Part shown: in pieces, positions 28,292-42,600 of the stretch
Layout of the letters: every line of letters begins with the position of its first letter
How positions within the stretch are numbered: position 1 is the stretch's first letter
Assembly: GCF_037042905.1 (NCBI RefSeq)
Contig: NC_087246.1
Location: 1,924,001-1,988,000 of the forward strand
Direction: 5' to 3'
DNA length: 64,000 bases
From: Lytechinus pictus
Taxonomy: Eukaryota
Notes under the pieces: generated by a model
Seen by the model: only the letters and a program-made list of their open reading frames with translations
Database searches by the model: none
Told to the model about the DNA's origin: nothing
Program-made: the position numbers and the translations under genes

Positions 28292-28515
28292 GAATAATAA
28301 TAATAATAATAACAATAGTAATGATGATGATGATGATAATAATAGTAATAATAATAATGATAATACTACTACTACTAATAATGATAATAATGATGATGAT
28401 AATAACATTAATATTAATAATAATTATTATGATGGAAATATAATTATCATTATGTCATTTTTTCGGTGGTATCATAATAAATGTCGTTATCATAATTATT
28501 TATTTATTTATTTGT
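28292..28515. repeat. (AAT/GAT)n microsatellite
   Basis: Direct reading. Confidence 0.9.
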
Positions 28516-29787
28516 TTATCATTATAAGAATTCTGTCTAGATGTGAGGGCAAATATTTCCAATGAATTTACCATGTATCTTTTACGACAACTTGTGATTT
28601 GCATAGGATTTCCTTTTAACATCATTGAATCTTGGCTTAACCGTATACACCAATTTAATCACATTTAAATAGTCGTTTGCTTTCTATTTTACGAGGATTA
28701 TGTTCTTAATATGTGTTTTCATATTTTAATTTGTATTTGGATATAGACGAAATTTTATTCAAAAGGTTGTTTCATTGCAATAAGAGTAACTTTCAGACAA
28801 CGGCAAACTGTGTACTAAAAACATGAAAAAATATTGATTGTACATGTCACCAATGCTTCTTGCCTGGGCAATAATGAAGTGAAACCTCTGTCCAAGAAAC
28901 AAAAATATGACGGTTTCGAGTGCTAAATTATTAGAAAATTAACTCATCTTATCGACCTCGATTTGCAAGTCATGCATGCAACTGCAACGCCTGGACTAAA
29001 TGTTACCAAAATTATTAAAGGGGTACTCCAAGCTTAAAAATCGTAAATAAATTGATTAAGATTCACGGAGCAATGCGCTTAGAATAAAAAAAAAAACATG
29101 AAAAAACCCTAAGATATTGGTTGTAAAAACAGTTACGTACACGTCGTTTCATTAGGTTGGCTGATGATGTCATGTCCTCATTTTATTTATTTTTATGTTA
29201 TTACATGAAGTTTATCCCCCACTTTTCCTCTTCATTATTTCCTCATCTTATTTGTATGTCTCTTTCTTATCTGTCGGTCTTGTTATGATTCGTGAGTATA
29301 TGATTTGGTGTTTATTTTTTTTTTATTCCTTCTTTTCTTTTATGTGTGATGCTAAGCTCCTAATTACCTCACATAACCTAAGTAGTTCAAGTAATTAAGG
29401 ATTAGCTTTTACTTTGTATTTCCTTCACTGATAAACAAATAAACTGTGATATAGCTAAAATACCCTTAGAAATATTTATATACTATTGTGCCACACAGAA
29501 TTTGGTTATAACAAACATGACAAAATGGACTATATTCCACTGACAAGATCTGCTTTTGTAGGTCTCTTCATCTTTCTTTTGTAATAATTCTTCTTAAAAA
29601 ATGTTTCATGTTCATTGTTGCTATATTGGCATGTAGTGATTGCATGGAGGAAATGAAAGAAAGATAAATAAGTGAAATGAACAGAAATTGTGATCTATAG
29701 CTGAAATTCGTTTGTTGGTTCCTCTACCCAGGCGCGGATCCATGGGGGGGGGGGGGGGGCCGAGGGGGCCTTGGCCCCCCCTTCGGC

Positions 29788-30632
29788 TAAAAAAAAGAAG
29801 AGAGGGAAGAAATAGAAAAAAGAGGGGAAGAGGGGAAAGAAAAGAAGAAAAAGAAGAAAGGAAGAGGGGGGAAAAGGGAAGAAAAAAGAGAGAGGAAAAG
29901 GGGGGAAAGAAAAGAGGAAAGGAGAGAGGGAGAGGGGGAAAGGAAAAGGAGAAAAAAAGAGAGAGGAAGAAGGAGGAAAGAAGAGAAGGGAGAGAAAGGG
30001 GAAAAGAAGAGGGGAAAAGAGAGAGGAAGAGGGGGAAGGAAGAAGAGGAGAAAAAAGAGAGAGGAAAGGGGGAAAGAAAAGAAGAAAAAGGGAAGAGGGG
30101 GGAAGGAAGGGAAGGAAAGGGGGAAAGAAAGAGAAGGAAAGGGAGAGGGAAGGGAAAAGGAGAAAAAAAGAGAGAGAGGAAAAAGAGGAAAGAAAAGGAG
30201 AAAAAAGAGGAAGAGAAGAAAAGGGAGGGGGAGGGAGAGGGGGGAGAAAAAAGAGAAAGAGGGGAAAGAAAAGGAGAAAAAGGAGAGAGAGGAAGAGGGA
30301 GGAAAGAAGAGAAAAAAAAGAGAAGGGAAAAGAAAAGAAGAAAAAAGAAGAGGGGAAAGAAAAGAAGAAAAAAAGGAGAAGAAGAGGGGAAAGAAAGAGA
30401 AAAAAAAGAGGAAGAGGGGGAAGGAAGAGAAGAAAAGGGAGGGGGAGGGGGGGGGGGGGAGAAAAAAGAGAAAGAGGGGAAAGAAGAGGGGGGGGGGAGA
30501 GAGAGGAAGAGGGGAAAAGAAAAATATGAAAAAAGGAGAGAGAGGAAGAGGGAGGGAAGAAAGAAGAGAAGAAAAAGAGAGAGAAAGGGGGAAGGACGAG
30601 AAGAAAAAAAAAGAGGAAGAGGAGGAAAGAAA
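29788..30632 (+). repeat. Polypurine (A/G) low-complexity tract
   Basis: About 845 nt almost exclusively A and G. Confidence 0.9.
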
Positions 30633-32700
30633 ATGATGTTCGAACCTATATGATGTTCGAATGAATGTCAAAATGATGTTCGAACTGGGGGCCAAATTGA
30701 TGTTCAAACTAGGGGGCGCCAAATTTATGTTGGAACTAGGGGGCGCCAAATTGATACTCGAGCTAGGGGGGGGGGGTGCCGAAATGATATTCGAACTAGG
30801 GGCGCCAAATTGATGTTGGACCTACATGTAGGGGCGCCGAATTGAAATTCGAACTAGGAGGGCGCCGAAATGATGTTCGAAGGGATGTTAAAATGATGTT
30901 CGAACTGGGGGCGCCAAATTGATACTCGAACTAGGGGGGCTCAGAATTGATGTTGGAACTAGGGGGCGCCAAATTGATACTCGAACTATGGGGCGCCAAA
31001 TTGATGTTGGACCTACATGTAGGGGCGCCGAATTGATATTCGATCTAGGAGGGCGCCAAAATGATGTTCGAAGGGATGTTAAAATGATGTTCGAACTGGG
31101 GGCGCTAAATTGATACTCGAACTAGGGGGGGGGGGGCGAATCGATGTTCGAGCTAGGGGTGCGCCAAACTGATACTCAAACTAGGGGGGCGCCGAATTGA
31201 TGTTCGAACTAGGGGGCGCCAAATTGATACTCGAGCTAGGGGGGCGAAATGATATTCGAACTAGGGAAGCCCAATTGAGTTCGAATGGATGCCAAAATGA
31301 TGTTCGAACTGGGGGTCAAATTGATGTTCGACGTAGGGGGGGGGGGGGGATGCGCCGAATTGATGTTCGACGTAGGGGGGGGGGGGGATGCGCCGAATTG
31401 ATGATCGACGTAGGGGCGCAAAATTTATGTTCGACATCGGGGAGCGCCGATTGAATGTTCGAACTAGAGGCGCCAAATTGATGTTGGAGCTAGGGGGCGC
31501 CGAATTGCTATTCGAACTTGGGGCGCCAAATTGATGTTCGAACGAGGGGGGCGCCAAATTGATGTTAGAACTAGGCGGCGCCAAAATGACGTTCGAACTA
31601 TGGGGCGCCGAATTGATGTTTGAACAAGGGGGAGGGGGTGAATTAATTTTCGAACTAGATGGGGGCGCCAAATTGATATTTGAACTGGGAGGGGCGCCAA
31701 ATCGATGTTCGAACTAGGGTAGCGCCGAATTGATGTCCAAACTAGCGGGGCGCCAAATTGATGTTCGAACTAGGGGAGCGCTAATTTGATGTTTGACCAT
31801 AAAGCGACAAATACATGTTTCAGAAGGGGAGGGCAAAGTGATATTTCACATGACGCCAAATTCATGTTCAACCGAGGGTGCCAAATTGACCTTGAACAAG
31901 GGGGAGGGGGTGAATTAATTTTCGAACTAGATGGGGGCGCTAAATTGATACTCGAACTAGGGGGGGGGGGGGGCGAATCGATGTTCGAGCTAGGGGTGCG
32001 CCAAACTGATACTCAAACTAGGGGGGCGCCGAATTGATGTTCGAACTAGGGGGCGCCAAATTGATACTCGAGCTAGGGGGGCGAAATGATATTCGAACTA
32101 GGGAAGCCCAATTGAGTTCGAATGGATGCCAAAATGATGTTCGAACTGGGGGTCAAATTGATGTTCGACGTAGGGGGGGGGGGATGCGCCGAATTGATGA
32201 TCGACGTAGGGGCGCAAAATTTATGTTCGACATCGGGGAGCGCCGATTGAATGTTCGAACTAGAGGCGCCAAATTGATGTTCGAGCTAGGGGGCGCCGAA
32301 TTGCTATTCGAACTTGGGGCGCCAAATTGATGTTCGAACGAGGGGGGCGCCAAATTGATGTTAGAACTAGGCGGCGCCAAAATGACGTTCGAACTATGGG
32401 GCGCCGAATTGATGTTTGAACAAGGGGGAGGGGGTGAATTAATTTTCGAACTAGATGGGGGCGCCAAATTGATATTTGAACTGGGAGGGGCGCCAAATCG
32501 ATGTTCGAACTAGGGTAGCGCCGAATTGATGTCCAAACTAGCGGGGCGCCAAATTGATGTTCGAACTAGGGGAGCGCTAATTTGATGTTTGACCATAAAG
32601 CGACAAATACATGTTTCAGAAGGGGAGGGCAAAGTGATATTTCACATGACGCCAAATTCATGTTCAACCGAGGGTGCCAAATTGACCTTGAACTTAGGGG
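30632..32700 (+). repeat. Tandem minisatellite, unit about 27-30 bp (AAATTGATGTTCGAACTAGGGGGCGCC), with a higher-order block duplication
   Basis: Dozens of degenerate units; block at about 31100-31895 is repeated at about 31935-32690. Confidence 0.9.
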
Positions 32701-33368
32701 GCTCCATGCAAATCCATGTTCGACCGGGACGCAACATTGCTCGTATTGCCTGGTTATAGTGAAATTTATTTCCTGCCCAAAAAGGTTAAATTAATGCGGC
32801 TGATTTAAAATATCCCGTTTTTACGATAAAAGACAAAATCAATGTGCTCGAGTTTGAAGTTTGTTTGGCGAGATAGGTATCCTGTTCAGGGTCAGAAAAG
32901 GGGTAAATATCAAATTCAGCTGGCGCTACGCGCTAGCAATATTGTATTAGTGAGGTGTGTATCCTCTCCATCGATCACACGTACATAAGTCCTTAAAATG
33001 TTAGTGTTTTTCAAGTCAATATACATAGGCCGATCCAGGGGGCAAAGTTTTTGCCCCCCCCATGGTGGCGAAAAAAAGGAAAGAAAAAGAAAAAAAAAGA
33101 CGAAGAGAAAAAGGAAAAACTTTTAGAATAGGAATTATACCTTAAAAGAGTCCTTCTTAAGTCAGTATATACAAAAATTGAGCTCGCGCTTCGCGCTCGC
33201 ATCACTGTTTAATTATATACGCATCCCGACCTCACAGTTTTTTTTATGCGAACGAGAAGCACAAGCTGAAAATATTTTATATTCTAATCTAACAACTGAA
33301 AATGTCCTTTTCATTTCATCATTAAAAAAGTTTTCGGCTAGCGCTTCGCGCCCGCATTCATTTCTTAA

Positions 33369-33870
33369 AGGACAAGTCCACCCCCTCAAAAAAAAAATGT
33401 TGATTTGAATAAATAGAGAAAAATCAAACAAGCATTATGCTGAAAATTTCATCAAAATCGGATGTAAAATAAGAAAATTATGACATTTTAAAATTTTGCT
33501 TATTTTTTACAAAACAGTGATATACACAACTCAGTGACATGCAAATGAGACAGTCGATGATGTCCCTCACTCACTAATTCCTTTGTTTTTTATTGTTAGA
33601 ATTATACAATATTTCATTTTTTACAGATTTTACAATATGGACCAACTTGATTGAACCATTTAGTATTAAACAATGCTAATTGCTCATGTTCAGGGAGGAA
33701 TTAATCGTTGTTTCACACGACAACGGAGAAAAATGGAATATTTCATATTTCATATACTAAAATACAAACAGAAGTAGTGAGTGAGTAATGTCATCAGTCT
33801 CCTCATTTGTATACCGACAAGGATGTGAATATAACTGGTTTGTGAAATTAAGCGAAACTTTAAAATGTTG
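33369..33870. mobile_element. Truncated copy of the TTAA/Kolobok-like MITE of 22346-23264 (opposite orientation)
   Basis: TTAA|AGGACAAGTCCACCCC start; colinear with the reverse complement of the 23264 end. Confidence 0.75.
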
Positions 33871-34010
33871 TAGGCCTACCTATTATCTTTGTGTATTTCA
33901 TATAAGTTTCTCAAAATATTCCTTTTCAGGTGTCTCGATTGTCAAATACGAAGGCCTATGAGCTAGCGCTGTGCGCTCGCATTTTGATTGGTGAGTTCTG
34001 TATACATATA

Positions 34011-35187
34011 CAGTGGCGTAACTACCAGGGGGCATGGGGGCACGTGCCGATCGGCTGCCCCCCCCCCAAAAAAAAAAAAAAAAAAAAATAAATAAATAAA
34101 AATAAACATAAAAACGGGGAAAAGGAGAAAAAGAGGGAGAAAGGAAGAGAAACGTAATGTGGAAAGAAGAAATTATTGTTTTTTATATTGTTATATTATA
34201 TCATAATTATGTTACATAAGAAGCATTTTTTTTCATGACTTTATGAAACAGTTTGCTCAGGGCCTATGTCTTCATTGTTCCTGGTGCTCACATAAACTGT
34301 TTAAGGAGATGTATAATCATGTTGTACTAAAACCTCCCGTTTTCAAATCAATATACACCAAATATATTTCCTTGCAATTCGAGTTATTGTTTTATGTAGT
34401 GACATTTGCTTCTTTTTCATGACTACTTAAAGTGATTGCCCAATTTTAAGGTCTTAATATAAACATTTCCCGTCCGTGCTAACGTTCGCATTAGTTGATT
34501 GGTGAGATGTCTGCTCTTCACGAATTCCTAAAATCAGTCCTTAAAATGTCAATTTTTCTGATCTGAATATCAAAAATTTTTAGCTCGCGCTTCGCGCTCG
34601 CATCATTTGGTTAGTGAAATACGTAAGGACTTAGGGAATTCCTACAAACAAGCCTTAGAATGCCCCTCTTCAGGTCTGAATTTAATAAATTTTCAGCTCG
34701 CGCTCCGCGCTCGCAGTATTTGATTAGTGAGATGCGTATGATAATCATGATTACAATGACTACAACAAGTGTTACAAAAAGACTACAAAGGATGCCACTA
34801 TCATTAGATGACTATGCTGAGATATTTATACTCTTAATGGATACCTAAAATGTAGTCCTTAAAATGTCCCTGTTTGGGGTCAATATATTAAAAAATTTCA
34901 GCTTGCGCTTCGCGCTCGCATTGTTTGTTTAGCGAGACAGGTACGTATCACGATTACAAAAATTTGCTTATAATGTCCCTTTTAGGTCTGAATATCACAA
35001 ATTTTCAGCTCGCGCTTCGCGCTCGCATTATTCAACCAGTGAGATACTTATCCGTTTAATGGCATTGCATGTCCTTAAAATGTCTCTATTAGGTCGGCAT
35101 ACCTGGCAACTGAGCGCACTCCCTAAGTGACACCAAATTTGTGGTGGTGCCCCTCCCCCCAATGCCGTGACCCACGGTACGCCACTG
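34011..35187. mobile_element. hAT-like MITE nested in the 7.7-kb element
   Basis: CAGTGGCGTA...TACGCCACTG TIR; TSD TACATATA/TACCTATA (1 mismatch); internal GCTCGCGCTTCGCGCTCGCA repeats. Confidence 0.75.
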
Positions 35188-36714
35188 TACCTATATATTC
35201 TATAACAAACTACTTGAATTCCCCCCATTTAAAAATTTCGGATCGCGATTTGCGCTCGCATTATTTGCTATAAATGTATCAACCCATGAATGCTGTTCAT
35301 GATTACAAAAATATAAAATATCCAGTTTTTCAGGCCTCATGCACTGTCAACAAATTTCATGCACTCATTAGGCTTATTAGATTAATAAATATGAAATAAT
35401 TTTTTTATGAATTCATAACTAAATTGTCCCTTTTTCAGAAAAAAATATCGACAAGTTTTAGGAAGAGGAATAGAAGATAGGCATCATTTTTATTTAATAA
35501 CAAAATGTCCTTAGGCCTAAAATGTCTCGATCCTGGTTTAAAATAATAATAAAATATCAGCTCGCGCTTCGCGCTCGCATCATTTATTAAGTGCTTTCCA
35601 CATCCACTTCACAATTCCCCTATATACACAGTGCTTTAAATATTGCTTAAATTGACCCATTTCATATCGGAATTTCAAATATTATGTCCAGCTCGCGATC
35701 CGCGCTCGCATTATTGATTTTCATGATGAAAAATGAAATGTATTCAGAATGCCCAGATTCTGTCTAACTCTAAAACACGTGCACGCATGTTTATTGTGAT
35801 ACGCATCTTGATCTTATTAAAAACGTGCTAAAATTATCCAGTTTCAGATCAGAATATCAAAAATTTTCTGCTCGCGCTTTGCGCTCGCATTATTAATGTA
35901 GGAAGATACCAAAAACTACCCATCATTTTTCATGAGTGACAAAACATGAATCGAGTGTCCCGTTGGGGGTTTGAAATCTATTTTTTTAGGTTGGAATATC
36001 AAAAATGTTCAGCTCGCGCTTCGCGCTCGCATTATTTAATCGTTGAAATATGTACCGTCTTTATGGCTAACTGCAAAACTTCCTTAACAGGTCCCTTTTC
36101 GACCAGGCCAGAACGCACATTAAAAATTTCTGCTCGCGCTTCGCGCTCGTAGTAACTATTTGATTTACATACGCATCTTGTTCAGGTTCACAAACATTGC
36201 TCAGAATGTTCAATTTTTAGGTCAAAATACATGAAATTTAATTATTTTTTTTATCTCGCATATGGCTTATGAGATTATTGCACATTAATGTTGTTTATAA
36301 AGTAAAGCTAGAAAATGACTGTTAGGACATGGGCGTTTTGCCCCCGCCCCCCCCAAAAAAAAGTCACGACCAAGAAAAAAAAAGAGAAAAAAGGAAAGGG
36401 ATTATGGTGAAATATAATATTATTTTCCAAATATTATGTCAAATATATCGCGCTTCGCGTTATCATTATTTATTTAGGCCTTGTGAGATACCTCAATGTG
36501 TTTTTAAGAATAAAATTTCGGAATTTCTTTAACTTCTACCCCCCATTTTATTTTTATTTTTTTATCTTGGCGCCCTCTACAAAAGTTCAACAAGCCCCCC
36601 CCCCCCGTGCAACCCTGCTGAATAAATCACAGCTTCGCCACTGATGAGGAGATTGAGTCGATTGCTTCGAGATTGCATTATTACCAAGAGGTTATCATTG
36701 ATATTATTGAAGGC

Positions 36715-37030
36715 CACTAGCGTACCTACGGGGGGGGGGGCAGTCTGCCCCCCTGACGAGCCACAACCCATGCAAAGGACGTATCCCTGCCCCCCCTGAC
36801 GAGCTTGAAAGACCTTTTTTGCCCCCCCCCCTGACGAGTTTGAAGACTTTTATTCCCCCCCCTGACGAGCTTGAAGCTCTTTTTTTTATAATTTTTTTTT
36901 TGCTTGTCAAATTTTTTTGCGGGTACGAAATCCTTCATTTGTGATTGAAGACCTTTTTTTTTTTTTTGCTTGTCAAATTTTTTGGCGGACGGTTTTGACC
37001 CCCCTGTGGAAAATCCTAGGTACGCCACTG
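36715..37030. mobile_element. hAT-like MITE
   Basis: CACTAGCGTA...TACGCCACTG termini; perfect TSD TTGAAGGC (36707-36714, 37031-37038). Confidence 0.8.
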
Positions 37031-38512
37031 TTGAAGGCTATTCTAAACAACTAGAAGGAAACTACAGCTCCCGTTCACACAATATTCTAGTAGGGCCATT
37101 TCTGGGAGAAGTTAAACCAAATTGAGACCCCCAAAAATCGCTCGCGCTTCGTGCTCCCATTGACGTTTACATTATATATTCATGGATTTTTTTTCAAGAA
37201 CACATTAAAAAAGTGGTCTTTAATTGCCTCTTCTTTAATGTGATTATGTAATAAGATAATTCAAAATACATTTAAGGCATTTAAGTTACATTTAAGTTAG
37301 CCTGGTCGGGAGGGAGGGGGCGCCATTTTTCGAAAAGTACACATGGGCGCCAAAAATCAGGTCAAACTTGGGCCCCCCTCCCCACGAAATCTTGGATCCG
37401 CGCCTGCCTCTACCTATAGTATGTACGGTTAACCATCTCGCGCACAATGTGAGGGACCTGTTCCATAGACATATATCCCCCAAAATGGAGGTTTCCTATA
37501 TTGTTTGAAAATTGATATGGTGTTGATTATTATATTCTGATTATTTTCAAAACTTAAATCCATTACTACAGATCTATATTTTGATAAAAATTGTTTTAAT
37601 TGGGAAAATCAAGAATTAATTTTAACGAATCCATTCTAGCGCGTATCTAGCTGAAGGCAAGCTGATTGGTCATTACTTCCATGTACAGAGAAACTCCCAT
37701 GCACGGTCTCAATTCACACGATCCATTCGTTGGGTGATAAAGAAATACCATAAGGGTATTACCCTTGTGGTATTGTTGGAGAAATATGAATAACTCTTAA
37801 TGTCTGTTCCATGATATTTTACCATGCCTATTCTCCATAGGCAATTACCCTAATTGTCTGTGCAGTGAAACATTTTTTTTTTCTTGTCAAATTTGTCGGG
37901 ACTGAAATAACTTTCGTTTTGTATTGAGAACCTTTTATTTCTTGCTTGTCAAATTTCTAAATAACCTTAGATTTGTATTGAGAACATTTGCTTGTCAAAT
38001 TTAAATCAGCACCCCACAGTAAAAAAATCGATTCCAGGGTCTTTCATTTCACTAGGGTATTTTGGCAATACCTTTGGCTTCGCAGACTTATTCTATAACG
38101 CAGAAAAACTTTTGTCAAAAGCCCTTCATAAGAAAGTATAGCCTTTGACGAAAACTGGTAAATCATAACAGCAGTGTCGTCCTGGACTCTACACAAACGA
38201 CATATTTGCATTTTTTCTGCCCATCGTGATTTGACGGATAGGACATTTTTAATAGATTATGAACGTTGCGGAAAGCGTCTGCGAAGCGGATGCTAAAATA
38301 TGCCAGTACCGTTATAATCATCGACCGGTTATCGACAAGTTTGCACACGAACCGCACATTTACAGTCCCAGTTGCACCTGTCATCGCTCGGGACCCCTTT
38401 ACTTTGAGTATGAAAGAAAACAACACATACCCTTGCTCTGTTCAGTTATCAATTGACTCAGGCAGATTAACCTGCAATAAGTTATTTCGCGTGTCTAACA
38501 GAGAGAATCATT

Positions 38513-38696
38513 ATGATTTTTGAAAGGCTTGCGATATTTGTCATTCTACTTTCAGGATTGATAATTTGCACGGTTTACATAATTGAAGATGATTATTATT
38601 TATCAGCAATTCAAACCATCAGAGATAAAGTGAAACACAAAGTTAAAAACGACTTCATCACCATTCAAAACATAGAATGGCGTGCAACTGAAGCAG
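38513..38696 (+). CDS. Possible first coding exon of a type II membrane (Golgi transferase-like) protein
   Basis: MIFER followed by hydrophobic LAIFVILLSGLIICTVYII and a polar stem; candidate donor CAG|GTATAG at 38696/38697. No downstream exons identified. Confidence 0.35.
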
Positions 38697-39639
38697 GTAT
38701 AGAAGACATTTTTACAATCTTTTCTCATTTTCGGTTCATATTGATATTGTTGATATAGTAATATACGCTTACTGTCGTTCAGGCTTAGTCTACCAACACC
38801 TCCCTTTTCTGTAAAATGGGAACTGTAATTCATTTTCTCTGTGTTAACACGATTCGGGTCATTGCATAAACTTCTGAATCTAATTTTCAAGTTGATTATG
38901 AATAGAAGATTGGACTTTTCATTTCCACATCAAGATAAATCTTATATTAGATGTATCGCACCAAAAATAGGAATTTGCTTATGTAACTGCACTCAACATT
39001 ATTTTGGCTGCCTGCTTAATATGTGCTTTATATCTCATATAATTATTTATACTTTCATCTTTCAATACATAAGTAGATGAACCTGGAACAAATTTGAATA
39101 CGGTTGACAACTGGCTTGTTTATATGCTGTACATCATAGATAATTATATAAGAAACAAGACTTTGCTGTTTGTCCTTCATTATGATTATGAGAAAGACGG
39201 ATTGAAACGCACGGCAATGGGTATGTACATTGTGAATAGATAGATTATACTTGAAATGATTCCTTAACATGAAAAAAATGATTTTATATACAGACAGAAT
39301 GTCATATTTGAATGACCTGGTTGGTTATTATTTTTAGAATTATTGTTTTAACTCGTTTTAGTTAAATTAAATACCCAACAAGTATTTTTTATTTTTTTTT
39401 CTGATCAGTTTATACTGGGAGTACACTGCTCTACAGCCAAGATCTTCAGAATCGCTCAAACCTGGTTGATGCATATCTTTTTTAAAATAGTTATATTGTA
39501 GTACTGGGATTTTGTTTCAGCTAGACTTTTTGAAAATCATTTTCTGAATGATATGCATGCTTCTGCTTTATAATCGCTGTCTATACATTAATCATCTGCA
39601 TACTTTCTAAGACTGATGTTACCAGGGAATGCATACCTA

Positions 39640-42600
39640 TTTCAATTTCAATCCAATTTCAATTTATTTCATTCATAAAAACACATAAATATACATAGTA
39701 ATAAACAAAATATCAATATAAGAATGTGGAGACAGCTTAGAAGAACCAAGTCTTATACAGTGCTGCCACCAAAATATAAGCACAAACATTTTAAAATGGA
39801 CATTTTAACATAATAACTAGAAAATAAGGATGATAAATAAAAATACAAATTATTAATATTCCAAGACAAACCCTACACGATACTTGAACAAACAAAGCCA
39901 AGTATGCTTGGGGTTGCGCTCAGGTTGCACTCTTTTCAGCTCTCCATATTTTATTTTGATAACCGGAGAATTTCAGACTTGATTTCTTAATGGTTTACAT
40001 CAGTTTGAAGAGGAAGTCTCAGTGAAACTGGTGGACATGTTTTGATTTATTTCATTCGCCCTTTTTATGACAATTTAGGAAGAAATTTATCTTCATTTCA
40101 GGATTCTGATCACTGGAATTGGATTCAATTTTCTACAGCTACCTACATGGCTATTGTGTATTTCCTCTTGAGTGCATATCAATGGAACCCATGGCTAATC
40201 ACTGGCGAGCTGTAATCCTTGTCATCATTTTGACCATGGCTTTGCACTCCTATTCAAGAGAGGAACTCTTGGACATTAAGAGACAATGCCCTAAAACTTC
40301 CCTGCCAAGGGATGTGTATCAGACAATAGTGGATTATGGTATCAGTACTATCAAGCCAACAAAGAGAGGACATCGTTCTTTTATAAAGAGCCAGCAATAT
40401 ATTCCTGTCATACAGGATACTATACGCCAAGCTAAGAAAAATGTCCGATCTTGTGATACCAATAACTTGATTCACATTCAGCCTGTCTCTGAGCTTGCTA
40501 AACTTTGCACCATCAATTTACGGTCAATTCGGAATAAAACTATTCAATTTGTTGACTTTGTAACTGAGCAAGGTTTTGATATCATTGCCATGACGGAGAC
40601 ATGGCTGAGACCAGATGACGACCTTGTGGCCAAGGAAGCCACCCCAAGAGGCTACTCATTAGTCCATATCCCTCGAGATAACAGACCTGGAGGAGGTGTC
40701 GGCTTGTTGTGTAGGTCTGATCTATGTTTGAAGACAGAATTACCCCAGAGGTATAACTCCTTCGAAGCCCTACATGCACAAGTATCAGATGATCATGGTA
40801 CATTTCGTTTAGTCATCATATACCGCCCTGAAAGGAACAGTGAAAATGGTCAACATGTGCCTTTTGCATCGTTTCTTGAGGACTTCGGCAAACTGATGGA
40901 CCATTATCTTCTCCATCCTTCCAAACTTGTGATCACAGGTGATTTTAACATATGGATGGATGACACAACTGCAGGGAATACAATTCTTTTTAAGAAGTTG
41001 TTGTCTTCATATGGTATGACCCAGCATGTATCCACCCAAACTCATTGTCTTGGTCATACACTGGATCTGCTGATAACTCGTGATGGTGACGATATTGTCT
41101 CTGACATATCAGTTCATCCAGGACTGTCTGATCATTTTGCCATCACCTGCAAATTGTCATTGAAAAAGCCTATACATCCAAAGAGGACAATTACCATGCG
41201 CAGTTTCAAGGCAATGGACCATGAGGTATTTCATCAACGCGTCTTTGAGGCTCTGTCGAAGATTGACGTAGAGAACCTTGGCATTTCTGCATCCGTAGAA
41301 ACATACGAACGATCTCTGTGTGATATCCTTGAGGACCTTGCACCTTTGAAGACAAGACGCCTGAAACAAAGAGAGAAATGTCCATGGTATAATGAAGAGA
41401 TTCGGACTGCTAAGAAGGTGAGACGGAGGTTGGAAAGAAAGTGGAGAAAATGTAAATCCAAAGGAGAAGGCCAACTACATCATAAGAGATACCAAGAGCA
41501 ATGCCGGATTGTTGTGAAGCTCATGAAGGAAGCGAAGACACAGTTCTACTCATCTGTTATTGAGAGCTGTTCATCAGATCAGAAAGCTTTGTTCACCATC
41601 ATCGATGACCTACTCCAGAAGAAAGGCGATCCTGTGTTACCACAACTACCACCTGATGGGTCGTTAGCAAACAGATTCTCGGAGCATTTCTTGAACAAGA
41701 TCAACACAATTCGTGATTCTTTTGTGCAGCATCACGATATCAGTGAGGCTTCGTCACATCGAGATCCGTATATGTGTAGTTTTGATTTGGTATCAGAAGC
41801 TGAAATTGAGAGAATCATCAAACAGTCACCCTCGAGCTCTTGTCACCAAGACCCCATTCCAACATGGCTAATCAAGGTTCATCTCTCTGCATTTGTGCCA
41901 TTTATTACAAAGTTGGTTAATGGGTCTTTTACCAAAGCTGTCTTTCCAGAGAACTTGAAACATGCTACGATTAGACCTCTACTTAAGAAGTCAAACTTGG
42001 ATAAGGAGAGACTGGAAAACTACAGACCAGTAGCTAACTTGAAATTCCTTGGAAAAGTAATTGAAAGAGCGGCTACTGCTCGTATCCTCAGATGTGTAGT
42101 TGACCAATCTCTGCAGGATCCTTTCCAGTCGGCCTACAGGAAAAACCATTCAGTAGAGACAGCTGTCTTGCGAGTGACTAATGACATCCTCCGAGCCATG
42201 GATAGAGGCATGTTGACTGGCCTCGTTCAACTGGATTTGAGTTCAGCGTTTGATACGGTTGATCATTGTATTCTACTTCGCAGACTACAGGAAATTGGTA
42301 TCAGTGGGTCAGCTCTGAGCTGGTGTCAGTCATACCTTGATGGTCGTACTCAATCAGTTCGCATTGGTGAGGATGACATCTCTGATCCAGTTTCTCTTGA
42401 TTGCTCCGTACCTCAAGGCTCAGTGCTCGGACCACAAATGTTTTCCATGTACATTCTACCAATCTATGACATTATCAATCGGCATGATTTGATGTATCAC
42501 ATATACGCTGACGACATTCAGCTGTATTTACCATGCTTACCTAATCAAACTGATGTGGACAACGTACTTGCTAGATTTGAGTCATGTGTAGCAGAGATCT

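Larger units (their letters stand above)
29729..37406. mobile_element. 7.7-kb non-autonomous hAT-like TIR element carrying a satellite and nested MITEs
   Basis: Perfect TIR CAGGCGCGGATCCA / TGGATCCGCGCCTG; perfect 8-bp TSD CCTCTACC (29721-29728, 37407-37414); no transposase ORF. Confidence 0.85.

Noticed and set aside
29712..30749. 313-aa K/R/E/G-rich and 320-aa F/S/L/P-rich ORFs
   Set aside because: Translations of a polypurine tract that lacks stop codons by composition; may also be low-quality sequence.
30632..32700. CRISPR-like regular repeats
   Set aside because: Units are head-to-tail with no unique spacers, there are no cas genes, and the context is eukaryotic.
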